Shown: positions 31,873 through 41,383 of the stretch, piece by piece | How positions within the stretch are numbered: position 1 is the first letter of the stretch | How the letters are laid out: the number at the start of each line of letters is the position of its first letter | Assembly (NCBI GenBank): GCA_022563315.1 | Contig: JADFNO010000001.1 | Coordinates: forward strand, 2,503-66,502 | Length of the DNA stretch: 64,000 nucleotides | Direction: 5' to 3' | Origin: Planctomycetota bacterium | GTDB taxonomy: Bacteria; Planctomycetota; Phycisphaerae; Phycisphaerales; SM1A02 | Made by a program: the position numbers and the translations under genes | Notes under the pieces: generated by a model | Seen by the model: only the letters and a program-made list of their open reading frames with translations | The model's database searches: none | Told to the model about the DNA's origin: nothing

Positions 31873-33357
31873 TCAGGCCGCCGCTTGCGAACCTGCGTAA
31901 CGCATCGGGATCGAGACCCAGAACTTCGAACCCATTCCGAGTTTGGACTCAATCCCGATCTGCCCGTCGTGAAGCGTCTCCACAATGTGTTTGCACAGAC
32001 TCAACCCCAATCCGGTTCCCGTCGCGATGCGCTTGTAGTTCTCCACACGGTAGAACTTATCGAACAGTTTCGGGATCGCGTCGGGCGGAATACCCAACCC
32101 CGTGTCTGAAACCGTGATCAAGACGCTGCGCGTCAGGTTGTCCGAATCCGCGTTGACGGTCACGCGGCCGCCGTCAGGCGTGTACTTGACCGCATTGGAC
32201 ACGAGATTCAACACAACCTGATACAGCATGTCGAGGTCTCCCTCAACGCTGAGATCAACGTCCGCAACCCGCTTGAGCAGCGAAATCTTCTTCTCACGCG
32301 CCTGTGGCCCCAAGGTGTCCACCGCACGATCGATCAGTTGCTTGATATCGACGTCCTTGCGCTCAATCTGGATTATCCCAGCTTCGATGCGGCTTATGTT
32401 GAGCATGTTGTCGATCAACCGACCCAGGCGCTGCGCCTCGTTGTGAATGATCTTGTAGAACTCCTGGCGAGAGGCCTCATCCGTCGCTTCACCGTCCACG
32501 AGCATCTCGATATAGGCGCTGATCGAGGACAGCGGCGTGCGCAGCTCGTGGCTGGCCTTGGATACAAAATCCGACTTGTTCTGCGAGATCTCACGCTCAC
32601 GAGTGAGATCGTGGAGAATGGTGACGACGCCCGCCACGTCATGTTTGTGGTCTTCGACACAGGTCAGCGTGATATCGAAAACACGCGTCTGCTCGCCCTC
32701 GCTCGAGCCGACGCTGATCTCGTGGTCGGTATGTCGGTGATCGGCGAAATTAGCGTTCTGGCAGGTGTCTTTGATCCACTGGCAAAGCCGGTCGTCACGA
32801 ACCACCCGGTCGATCGGCTGATGGATCGCGCCCGCAGGGTCGAAGCCGAAGATCCGTCCGGCCGCCTCGTTGACGACGACGAGCTCGTTAAAGGCATCGG
32901 TCACGAGCACCGCATCCCACAGCGCGTGGAGGACGGCCTCGATGTGGCGCTGCTCGGCCTCCGCGACGCGATGGCGAATCTCCACCTGGCGCACTTGGTT
33001 GCGCAGGACTTGCTCGCGTTGCGAGAACCGGTCGATGGCCCCGATGAATGCGCGACTGACCGGACGCAACCAACTCGGCCCGACAAACGGCGAACGAGGA
33101 TTTCCCGAATCAGAGCTCGCCTCGATATAAGTGCGGAGCTTCCCCAGAGACCGATCGGTCACGATCCCCAGCGGCAGCAGGATGCCCGAGACGACGACAA
33201 CGAAGATGCACCACAGCACGAGCAGTCGCACAACCGGATGCGACGCGTGACTCCATTCCTGAAACCAATCAAGGTTCAGCGCCGCGAAGGACAAAGCCGT
33301 CGCGGCCACCGACAGAATCAGCACCAGGTATAGACTTGCAACCTTCCCCGCCGTCAC
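31873..33357 (-). CDS. Sensor histidine kinase (2 TM, PAS-like, HisKA, HATPase_c), cluster 2
   Basis: H-box 'ASHELRTPLSSI', N-box 'VSNAVKYTPDGG', and G-boxes 'DTGLGI' and 'GTGLGLSLC'. Confidence 0.9.
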   Translation of the reverse strand: MTAGKVASLYLVLILSVAATALSFAALNLDWFQEWSHASHPVVRLLVLWCIFVVVVSGILLPLGIVTDRSLGKLRTYIEASSDSGNPRSPFVGPSWLRPVSRAFIGAIDRFSQREQVLRNQVRQVEIRHRVAEAEQRHIEAVLHALWDAVLVTDAFNELVVVNEAAGRIFGFDPAGAIHQPIDRVVRDDRLCQWIKDTCQNANFADHRHTDHEISVGSSEGEQTRVFDITLTCVEDHKHDVAGVVTILHDLTREREISQNKSDFVSKASHELRTPLSSISAYIEMLVDGEATDEASRQEFYKIIHNEAQRLGRLIDNMLNISRIEAGIIQIERKDVDIKQLIDRAVDTLGPQAREKKISLLKRVADVDLSVEGDLDMLYQVVLNLVSNAVKYTPDGGRVTVNADSDNLTRSVLITVSDTGLGIPPDAIPKLFDKFYRVENYKRIATGTGLGLSLCKHIVETLHDGQIGIESKLGMGSKFWVSIPMRYAGSQAAA

Positions 33358-33372
33358 AGACCTTCCTTCGCC

Positions 33373-34653
33373 TCAGTGAATCGATCCCTCCTGCACGCGC
33401 CGACCACCCGCCGAGGTTGGCGGCTCGAACGAGCCCGACGGTCTCGGGGCGAGACTCAGGCCCTGGAACAACGCCTGCGCGTCCGCGCTCTCAGGCTCGG
33501 CCCGCAGCGCCTCCGTGTACGCCCGAAGCGCCCCTTCGACATCACCGGCCTCCTCCAGAGTCCGGCCGAGAACAAGATGCGGAAGCGCCGCGGTCGGCGC
33601 CAGGCCGGCCGCCCGCCGCAGCAGCCCCGTCGCCTGCTCGAAGTTGCCCTTGTGTTGCTCATAGATGCCCTTGAGCATGTACCCCTCGTATCGCTGCGGC
33701 GCCAGGGCGATGATGCGAGCACTACACAGCGCCGTTCGCCGGAAGTCACCCAGCTCCCACGCCAACGACCCGAGCCCGATCCACACTTCCGGGTCGCTCG
33801 GACGGATACGCGTCATCTTCAGAAACAGGTTGCGCGCTTCGGTGTTTCGCTGCATCGCCCCCAGACAGCGTGCCTCAAGAAGCATCAACGCTGGGTTCTC
33901 CTCCTTCGACAACTTTTGCAACCGCTTCACCGACTCATAGCACTGGCCGTACAGGCGGGCCGCGTACTGGGCGTGGGCCAGCTCGTCCAGCAACATCGCA
34001 TCATCGGGGTTCAATAACCTCGCCTGGGCAAACAGCTTCGCCGCCCTTGGCGCGTCACCCCTTAGCAGAGCGATCTGGCCAAGCAATTGCCGCATGGCCG
34101 CGTTGTGCTCGAAGTAGTCAAGCTTCGACTCGACGAGCACAAGGGCGTCATCGTACTGTTGCAGCGAAATCAACGCCTCAGCGGTCGCAAGCAGGTACTG
34201 GACCGAGCTCGACTCCAACTCGTGAGCTTGGAGGTAATGCTCATAAGCGCGCGCATCATTCGACCACCGCTGAAACACGATGCCTGCGTAGTAGTGGGCC
34301 TCGGCGAACGTCGGTGCAAACTCGATCGCCTTCTCAAACGCATGGATGGAGCGTTCGAGGCGGTGCGTTTCCATAAGAATCCGCCCCTGGAGCAGGTAAT
34401 AGGCTGGGTTCTGCGGGTACTGCTGGATGGCGGCCGTGATCTGGCGCATCGCATGGTCGAACCGCCCCGTGTTGAACGCCTGTGTCGCCTGGTCGTAGGC
34501 GAGCTGGGCATTGAAGATCGCAACCCGTTCCCGGGCTGACGATCTCATCTCCTCGTGGTAACCGCCGCCTCCACTACATCCAACGAGCAAGACAGCAGTA
34601 ACGAGACCGGCGAGCGAAAAGATCGGGTGGCGTGGGCATGACATACGTCGCAT
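33373..34653 (-). CDS. TPR-repeat lipoprotein (possible PilF/Tgl-like secretin pilotin)
   Basis: Lipobox 'LLVGC' followed by ~10 TPR-like repeats. It lies immediately downstream of the secretin gene. The pilotin role is inferred from position only. Confidence 0.6.
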   Translation of the reverse strand: MRRMSCPRHPIFSLAGLVTAVLLVGCSGGGGYHEEMRSSARERVAIFNAQLAYDQATQAFNTGRFDHAMRQITAAIQQYPQNPAYYLLQGRILMETHRLERSIHAFEKAIEFAPTFAEAHYYAGIVFQRWSNDARAYEHYLQAHELESSSVQYLLATAEALISLQQYDDALVLVESKLDYFEHNAAMRQLLGQIALLRGDAPRAAKLFAQARLLNPDDAMLLDELAHAQYAARLYGQCYESVKRLQKLSKEENPALMLLEARCLGAMQRNTEARNLFLKMTRIRPSDPEVWIGLGSLAWELGDFRRTALCSARIIALAPQRYEGYMLKGIYEQHKGNFEQATGLLRRAAGLAPTAALPHLVLGRTLEEAGDVEGALRAYTEALRAEPESADAQALFQGLSLAPRPSGSFEPPTSAGGRRVQEGSIH

Positions 34654-34746
34654 CTCCTGTAGCAGATCGCGGTTGACGAGCCCCCCCTTTACCAGTCCTC
34701 TCTTTCAACCCTGTGTAAGCGAGCGAATCGCGGTTTGGATCCGTCG

Positions 34747-37392
34747 TCAACGCTCCGGAGTCTCAGGCACGGTCACGACGTGCGGCAGGTAATCGAACGT
34801 GACGAACGGAAACGGATCCTCCCAAACGCGGGCGTCGGCGGCCGCGGGATCCCAACCCATCCACCAGAACACGTGATGATGGCCGAAGCCGGGCACGAAT
34901 TCCTCGGAGATCGAATGGTTTGACGGATCGACGCGGGCCTCGACATTCGGCGTGTTGATCGAAACCGGAGTGTTCGAGAACGGCTGGAACTCGTCAAGCT
35001 GCCCGCTGAGCTGGCTGAACTGAGGGTTCCAGGGGTCGGCCGTCGCCTCGGAGGCGCCGCGAATGAATTGCGACGGCGCGTCCACGGGGGGCGGGGCAAG
35101 GATTTGCATTTCGACCTGCTCATAGCCCGAGCTGCGAACGAACTTGGACGGCTCCTGCTTGACCGGGGGCGGCGGAAGGAATCCGTCGATCAATTCGTCG
35201 TAGCCCGAATCGCCGATGAACACCGACGCTTCATCCTTGAAGGGCGGCGGCGGCACAAACTGGATGGCGCTTTCCATATCTTCGAGCAGCTCGGCGCTGT
35301 CGGACGGATCGTCGCTCTCAGAAGGCGCGAACCAACGGTCCGTATCCTCCTGCATAGGCTCCTGGGTCGGCTCTGGGGAGAACTCCTGAGTCTCTGGTAA
35401 CGCCGGCACCGGACTCTCAAAGTCATCATCCCACAGAACCGCCGATTCGAAATCATCAGCCGGCAGCGGCGGCTCTGCGCTAACAATGGGCTCATTGAAC
35501 TGTACCTGGCGGTCCGCATCATCGCCGGCCTCAGGCTGCGCTTCGGCGACGCTCTGGAGCCAATCGTTGTTGGGCAAGTCTGCTGATGCCGCTTCGGCCG
35601 CAAACGGATTCTGAGGCGTCGTCATCGGAGACGGAAAGGTGGTCACGCTCGCCTGCGACTGAATGGAAGGCGCCATTCGCGAGCGGAAGGCCCGTTCCAT
35701 CATGCTGCGCATGTGCGGGCTTTCTTTGGATCCGACCAGATCCTGGCGGAACCTCACTGCTTCAGGCTGGTTCTGGTTCAGATGCAGCGACGCTTTGATA
35801 TGCCACAAGGCCAGATCGATATCGCCCCGACTCTGCGCGTCCACCGCACGCTGATTGTGGTTAGCAGTGACCTTATCCCGGCTGAACGGCAGCAGGCCTG
35901 CGCGGGCGCCGATCTGGATGGCGTCACCGTAGGCAAGCGCCTCTTCGCCGATCTCCCACAGGACATCGTCTTTCACGATCGTCGGTGTAATCAGGAAGAT
36001 GATTTCGTCACGATCGATGGTGTCATCCTGTCCGCGGAACGCAGCGCCGATCAGCGGGATGTCGCCGAAGAACGGAATCTGGCGGCGCGTGGTTCGAGTC
36101 GATTCTCTATACAAGCCACCCAAGACCAGCGTCTGACCGTCCTTGATGCGGACATTGGTCGTCAACTCGTTCGTCAGCTCGTCGGGGATGGTCACGAGCA
36201 GACCGTTAGCGTCGGTGACGGTGCGCAGGCTCGCCTCGGACACGCTCGGCGACAGCTCCATCCGAATCATCCCGTCCCTGGAGATGAAGGGACGGAACAC
36301 GAGATGAATACCGGTATCCAGAAACTCGACCGTCTGGGTCGTTGTCGTCTGAGTCGCCGTGGTTGAGAGGTAGCCGATGCGAGTACCGACGAGCACCTCA
36401 GCTCGTTGGCGGTTCAAGACCATCACCTTCGGCCGGGCAAGGACCGTCGTGTCGCTGACCTCGTCGAGCACCTTGATGAAGACGCTGATGTCATCCGTGA
36501 GGATACCGATCTTCAGCCCGGCTGGACCGGCGGTTCCGCCCACGGTCGAGTCGAGAGCAAGGGCCTGTCGACCGCCGCTTCCCGCGGCGTCGGTCGCGCT
36601 ACCACCCAACAGTCCATTGACGGCTGACAGTGGATTGAAGACGTCGAGAATGCTGAAGTTCGCGCTACCCAGGATCGTGAAGTCCACGCCGAAGGCATTG
36701 GCCTCGTTCAGCGCGGTCTGGAGAATGGTGGCCTCCACCAGCACCTGCGTGGGCGCCACGTCGAGCTCACCGATCAGCGCGGCGATCGCCTCGAGGTTCT
36801 CCGGATAGTCGTTGACGACAAGCGTGGGAGCGTAGGCGAATGTATCCTCGCCGCCGTCCGTGATCGATGGTCGGTAACCCGGCGTCACCTCGCCGCGATA
36901 TGAGGCCCTGCCGGCTTCGCTCAGCAGTGGTATGATGAACTCGTTGGCATCCACGGCCGAGAGATAGTCCAGTTGGTAGGTACGAGTCTCGGTCTTGCGG
37001 CTTGCCTCCACGATGTCCTGAAACTCGGACTCGGTATAGATGTAGATGAAGTTCCCTTCCTCCATGTATCGGAAGCCGTTGACACGCAGGATGGCATCCA
37101 ACGCCTCGTAGAACGTGACGTCAAAGAGATTGGCGGTCACGGTGGCTGAGACGTTCTTGCTGGTAATGATGTTCTTCTGGCTCTGAATCGAAAGCATCTG
37201 GAGCACCTGGGCCAGGTCGGTGTCCTGGACGGCGAGATCGACCGTCTCGTAGTCCGTAACGTTGACCTTGGCCTCCGCCCCACCTGCCTGGCTCTGCCCG
37301 TTCGCCGGTGCTGCCACCACCGCCCAGGCCGCACAAACGGCAGCGATACGCCCAAAAAAATCGCCGCGGATGACTGTCTTGTTCCTACGCAT
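34747..37392 (-). CDS. Secretin (GspD/PilQ family) with ~400-aa C-terminal extension
   Basis: A signal peptide, N-domains, and the secretin core 'VLARPKVMVLNRQRAEVLVG...GQTLVLGGL...IPFFGDIPLIGAAFR...IIFLITPTIV' ending near aa 473 of 881. Confidence 0.9.
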   Translation of the reverse strand: MRRNKTVIRGDFFGRIAAVCAAWAVVAAPANGQSQAGGAEAKVNVTDYETVDLAVQDTDLAQVLQMLSIQSQKNIITSKNVSATVTANLFDVTFYEALDAILRVNGFRYMEEGNFIYIYTESEFQDIVEASRKTETRTYQLDYLSAVDANEFIIPLLSEAGRASYRGEVTPGYRPSITDGGEDTFAYAPTLVVNDYPENLEAIAALIGELDVAPTQVLVEATILQTALNEANAFGVDFTILGSANFSILDVFNPLSAVNGLLGGSATDAAGSGGRQALALDSTVGGTAGPAGLKIGILTDDISVFIKVLDEVSDTTVLARPKVMVLNRQRAEVLVGTRIGYLSTTATQTTTTQTVEFLDTGIHLVFRPFISRDGMIRMELSPSVSEASLRTVTDANGLLVTIPDELTNELTTNVRIKDGQTLVLGGLYRESTRTTRRQIPFFGDIPLIGAAFRGQDDTIDRDEIIFLITPTIVKDDVLWEIGEEALAYGDAIQIGARAGLLPFSRDKVTANHNQRAVDAQSRGDIDLALWHIKASLHLNQNQPEAVRFRQDLVGSKESPHMRSMMERAFRSRMAPSIQSQASVTTFPSPMTTPQNPFAAEAASADLPNNDWLQSVAEAQPEAGDDADRQVQFNEPIVSAEPPLPADDFESAVLWDDDFESPVPALPETQEFSPEPTQEPMQEDTDRWFAPSESDDPSDSAELLEDMESAIQFVPPPPFKDEASVFIGDSGYDELIDGFLPPPPVKQEPSKFVRSSGYEQVEMQILAPPPVDAPSQFIRGASEATADPWNPQFSQLSGQLDEFQPFSNTPVSINTPNVEARVDPSNHSISEEFVPGFGHHHVFWWMGWDPAAADARVWEDPFPFVTFDYLPHVVTVPETPER

Positions 37393-37419
37393 GATCGGAT
37401 GATCTCCTGCCTACCCTCG

Positions 37420-38043
37420 TTACGGCTTACGGTCGTGAACTCCTGGCGAATCCATCTTCAATTCGAAGCGGTGACCCTCACATTCCAGGACCACCGATCG
37501 AGGTCTGACCGCCGTCAGCTGGAAGCGGACGGCTTCGTTGTCCACGGCGGGTATCGAATCGCCGAGTTGGAATGTCCGGCCACTGATAACAGCCATGGGA
37601 CGGCCCTGCATTACGGCCTCCAAGGTGAATCGGCCCACCAGCGCGCGAAGTTGCGTCGCCCTCAACGCGCCTGGGTCCCTTGAGATTTCGGCCGGTCGCT
37701 CCAGCAACTTGGCTTGATCTTGCGGCAACACGTCAAGCGAGGTGGGTTTGGGGAAGTACTGATCACTGATCAGGAACGGGTCTCGTATCGGGAATTCGGC
37801 CAACTGAACGTTCACGGGAGCGCGGCGACGGTTATCGGAAACTCCAGGCGACGGCGGCCCGTCGGAACTCCGATCGTCGCTGGCGGCAGCGTTTTCATCC
37901 GCCACCGCCGTTCGAGGCAGATTCGACGTCACGATAATCCGCGACCACAGCAGCAGCCCGAGCAAGAAGGTCGCGCAAAGAGCGCCAAACCGACGACGGT
38001 CGGCTGTGAGCTGAATCCACAGACGTCTCAGGATCACAGGCAC
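37420..38043 (-). CDS. PilP/GspC-like protein (cluster 2, tentative)
   Basis: An N-terminal TM and the C-terminal segment 'AVMQGRPMAVISGRTFQLGDSIPAVDNEAVRFQLTAVRPRSVVLE'. It sits between the pilO-like and secretin genes, as in pilMNOPQ. Confidence 0.5.
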   Translation of the reverse strand: MPVILRRLWIQLTADRRRFGALCATFLLGLLLWSRIIVTSNLPRTAVADENAAASDDRSSDGPPSPGVSDNRRRAPVNVQLAEFPIRDPFLISDQYFPKPTSLDVLPQDQAKLLERPAEISRDPGALRATQLRALVGRFTLEAVMQGRPMAVISGRTFQLGDSIPAVDNEAVRFQLTAVRPRSVVLECEGHRFELKMDSPGVHDRKP

Positions 38044-38046
38044 GGA

Positions 38047-38619
38047 TTACCGGCCCTCCTGCGCACGCAACGGCTCAAAGACGGCCTCGAGCCGAACCGA
38101 CGCCGTCACGAGCGGAACCGCCTGGGCATCGTCGCGACTCGCCGACATGTTCACCGACGAGACACGAACGAGGTGTTCCTGGGATTCGGCCGCTCGGAGC
38201 AGCGCAAAAACAGCGTCAAAACGGGCCACCATCTCCACCGTCAGCGGCAGAGCCTGGAAAGGAAAACCAGCCCCGGCCACCGTGTCCTTCGGCTGGCCCG
38301 CCGTGAACGTCTGGTCTTTGATCGTGACGCCGTCCACCGGCAGCGACAGGGCGCGCATCAGTCCGGCGATGTTTGGTGAGTCCGGTATGACCTTGAACTC
38401 GGATTCGATGCGTTTGGAGACCGCCTCAAGCTCCGCCGTCAAGCGATCGATCTCCCGGGCCTGGCCGACGGCGCCTTCGGACTTCCGACGAAGCTCGGCC
38501 ACACGCTCATGAACAGCCCCGGCTTCCCGATAGGCCGGCCAAACAAGCAACAGCCACCCGACCACGACCAGCGCGAACAACCCGAGTGCCCCCAGCATTA
38601 TGCGGCTGCTAGTCGGCAT
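38047..38619 (-). CDS. pilO: PilO-like protein (cluster 2)
   Basis: A TM helix ('MLGALGLFALVVVGWLLLV'), a coiled coil and a globular C-terminus. I chose the ATG at 38619; the longer ORF to 38802 would overlap the pilN-like gene by ~190 nt. Confidence 0.6.
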   Translation of the reverse strand: MPTSSRIMLGALGLFALVVVGWLLLVWPAYREAGAVHERVAELRRKSEGAVGQAREIDRLTAELEAVSKRIESEFKVIPDSPNIAGLMRALSLPVDGVTIKDQTFTAGQPKDTVAGAGFPFQALPLTVEMVARFDAVFALLRAAESQEHLVRVSSVNMSASRDDAQAVPLVTASVRLEAVFEPLRAQEGR

Positions 38620-39283
38620 CGACGACCTCCCCCGCCTGAGGTTGCGGCGCTTCCACAACCCGATACGGAACATCCAGATCGATAAGAAAACTGATGCGGA
38701 ACTCTCTGGCCCCGCGTTCCCTGACGACCAGAGTTCGACTGAAGTCGAGGCTGACATGCTCATACAGCGCGCGAGATTCCATCCGGGCAACGATCTCAGC
38801 AATGTCGGCGTCGGTGGCGGCGAAGCCTCTGAGCTCTCCGGTCAGAACGCGCGGCCGCGGTCCGGTTTCGTCATCCACGCCCCGGCTTCGCGCCGACCGA
38901 CCGGTGCGCCGCACACCAGCCACGAGATCGATTCGGTCGAGCGTGACGTTGACCGGCAGATCGTTGACGACCGTCGCCAGCACTTGACTCATATCCAAGG
39001 GCAGGATGGTGCGCTCGTATCGCTCGGTGAACCGGCGCGCCTCCTGGAGCTGGGCCCGCAACGCGCCGGCTTGGGTCTCACCGGCGATCACCAGCGACGC
39101 CCGCTGCTCGGCCTCGTCAAGCTGCTCCCGGGCATGGCTCAGACGAAACCTCGCGTGAGTAGCGCTGACCGCAAGCAGCACCACCACCGCCATAATGGCG
39201 CCGATGTACCAACCGGCCACGACGCTCGCCTGGCCCCGCGCGCGAATCTGATCCGGCAACAGATCAATGGAGTGCTGGGTCAC
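38609..39283 (-). CDS. pilN: PilN-like protein (cluster 2)
   Basis: 'IDLLPDQIRAR' plus a TM helix. The GTG start at 39283 overlaps the pilM-like stop (GTGA). The longest ORF extends to 39478, inside pilM. Confidence 0.65.
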   Translation of the reverse strand: MTQHSIDLLPDQIRARGQASVVAGWYIGAIMAVVVLLAVSATHARFRLSHAREQLDEAEQRASLVIAGETQAGALRAQLQEARRFTERYERTILPLDMSQVLATVVNDLPVNVTLDRIDLVAGVRRTGRSARSRGVDDETGPRPRVLTGELRGFAATDADIAEIVARMESRALYEHVSLDFSRTLVVRERGAREFRISFLIDLDVPYRVVEAPQPQAGEVVDAD

Positions 39284-40455
39284 GCCGCTTCCTTCCTTCG
39301 CGCGGAGGCGGATCCCTTGCCAGCCCGCGGTTTGCCGGACAGACCCCGCAGGCTCAGCCCCGCCGCCACGGCCCACGATCCCGCCGGCCCGGGATGACGC
39401 AGGTGCTGCGAATGAATCTGTTCCACCAGCGCGCCCAAGGGCAAACCATCGTCCTCGAACACGACCGGGATCTTGCAATGGTCGGCCAACGCCTCTTCGA
39501 GGTGCGGCTCACGCGCCTCACTTCCCGTGAGAATTATCCGGTCAGGCGGATGCCCGCGGAACGTCACGCCGTAGTAACGGATACACAGCAGGACCTCGTT
39601 CACGAAACCGCCCAACAAAGGACGGATCGCTTCGTAGACGGCACGGTCGGTCCGCGGATCAGCGAACGGTTCAGCTTCAGCGTTCGTCGTCGCCGAGGCG
39701 AGCCGTGCCAAACGGAGCTCCTGCGCCGCCGCAATATCCATCTGTAGATGTTCCGCGACCGACCGGTCGAACTGTTCGCCGCCGGTGGCGATCACCTTGC
39801 AGAAGGCGAGCTCTTCTCCGCGCAGGATCATGACCGTCGACCCGGAGGCCTGGACCGCCACCACGGCCCGAACGTGATCTGAATCGGCTTCGCGGCGACA
39901 CCGCCGGCGAAACGCGCGGGCCATCGCGGTAAAGGAAGTCTCGATCGCGGTCGGTCGAAGTCCAGCCGCAAGCAACGGATCGATCCAACGGCGGATCGCG
40001 ACATGTGAAGCCCCGATCAGGAGCACCTCTTCCCGGTCCTCGCTCCCCTGCACCGTGGCGCCGGTTCGTATGAAGTCGACTTCCATCGCGCTACGGTCCA
40101 AGCCGAAGCGCTGGGACGCTTCCCAGGCGGCGGCTTGGGCCAGCTCCGCATCGGGCATGCTCGGCAGCCGCGCCGATTGAACATAGATATCCTGCGGCGG
40201 GAGGCTCACAACGCAGCGGCGCCCGGTGAATCGGCCTGATCCAAACGCCGCCCGCACCCGCTGCGCCAGTCCTACGGGATCTGCTTCCTCTGGGCCGTTG
40301 GGCGGAATATCCACCACGCCCGCCCCCACCACAAACAGCTTTCCCTTATGCTCGCGGAGTTGCAGGATCTTGATTCGGTGAGCCTCGATGTCGATCCCGA
40401 CTGAGCCGATCGACGATAGAAAGCGCCGTGCGAGCACTCTGTTGTCCCTTTCCAC
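39280..40455 (-). CDS. pilM: PilM-like actin-fold protein (cluster 2)
   Basis: 391 aa with a 'VGIDIEAHRIKILQL' N-terminal motif and an FtsA/actin-like layout. Confidence 0.85.
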   Translation of the reverse strand: MERDNRVLARRFLSSIGSVGIDIEAHRIKILQLREHKGKLFVVGAGVVDIPPNGPEEADPVGLAQRVRAAFGSGRFTGRRCVVSLPPQDIYVQSARLPSMPDAELAQAAAWEASQRFGLDRSAMEVDFIRTGATVQGSEDREEVLLIGASHVAIRRWIDPLLAAGLRPTAIETSFTAMARAFRRRCRREADSDHVRAVVAVQASGSTVMILRGEELAFCKVIATGGEQFDRSVAEHLQMDIAAAQELRLARLASATTNAEAEPFADPRTDRAVYEAIRPLLGGFVNEVLLCIRYYGVTFRGHPPDRIILTGSEAREPHLEEALADHCKIPVVFEDDGLPLGALVEQIHSQHLRHPGPAGSWAVAAGLSLRGLSGKPRAGKGSASARRKEAA

Positions 40456-40488
40456 GAGTCCTAAATCGCTAGCCGCTGCCGCACATGC

Positions 40489-41067
40489 CTACGGCATCTT
40501 CGTGACCGTCAGCTTGCCGACAAACGGCGCGATGTCGATCCGATAGAGATTGTCGACCGCCTGAACGTAGATCGGTCCGCCAGTCCCCGGTGCGGCGCCG
40601 CCGGCCATGACCGTTCCCCCCAGCGCGTCGTAGGTGACGTACGGATTCCCGCCATCAATACTGACCGCGCTGATCGAGACATTGTCGAACCGGTTCTTGG
40701 TCGTAAAGTCCACGATATAGCGGCCGGAGTCACCGACCACGCCAAGCGGGTCGTCGATGTAATCCTCTGGGTTCGGAGGGAATGGAGCGTTGAAGTTGGC
40801 CTCCGTGACCCGGTAGATGCAGTACCCGGTACCGTCGGGGTAGAAGTAGACGCGCCGAAACTCCTGATTCGCCAGCGCGTCCGACTGCGCGAAGCTCAGA
40901 TCCGAGATAAGCAGCCGCACCGCGGCCTGGGAGGCGAGACTGTCCTTGTAGGCGAGGTGAGGTATAAGCAGCGCACCGGCTATGCCGAGCACCACGATCA
41001 CAATCAGCAGTTCGATCAAGGTGTAGGCGCACGTGACCGGGCGGCGATGACCAAGACGAGCATTCAT
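40489..41067 (-). CDS. GspH/FimT-like pseudopilin (cluster 2)
   Basis: 'CAYTLIELLIVIVVLGIAGALLIPHL' is a prepilin motif. The ATG at 41067 has an AAGGAG Shine-Dalgarno; the ORF extends to 41256. Confidence 0.75.
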   Translation of the reverse strand: MNARLGHRRPVTCAYTLIELLIVIVVLGIAGALLIPHLAYKDSLASQAAVRLLISDLSFAQSDALANQEFRRVYFYPDGTGYCIYRVTEANFNAPFPPNPEDYIDDPLGVVGDSGRYIVDFTTKNRFDNVSISAVSIDGGNPYVTYDALGGTVMAGGAAPGTGGPIYVQAVDNLYRIDIAPFVGKLTVTKMP

Positions 41068-41089
41068 TAGGCAACTCCTTGGGCTGCGG

Positions 41090-41380
41090 TTAGCGGTCGC
41101 GCTTCGCGTCGATCTGGTCGAGATTCGTGACCTGAACTTTGACGCGCCCACTTTCCAACAGCTTTCTCGTCGCCTCCAAGGTACCTCTGAGCTCCCGAAG
41201 CTCGCGAACCATCCGCTCGCGCTGCTCACCGGCATCCGGAATGCCGCTCCCGCCACGGTCGGCAGCGAACGACGATCGGACCATCCCGCCTCGTCCGGAA
41301 AACTGGGTCCACAGCAACACGGCGAGAAGAATCGTGACGGCTGTAAGAACGATGTTGAGGTAAGCGCCTTGGCGTTTCAT
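41090..41380 (-). CDS. Small single-TM coiled-coil protein, unknown function
   Basis: 96 aa with the TM 'LNIVLTAVTILLAVLLW' and a charged helix 'RERMVRELRELRGTLEATRKLLE'. It is tightly packed within the pilus operon. Confidence 0.5.
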   Translation of the reverse strand: MKRQGAYLNIVLTAVTILLAVLLWTQFSGRGGMVRSSFAADRGGSGIPDAGEQRERMVRELRELRGTLEATRKLLESGRVKVQVTNLDQIDAKRDR

Positions 41381-41383
41381 AGC

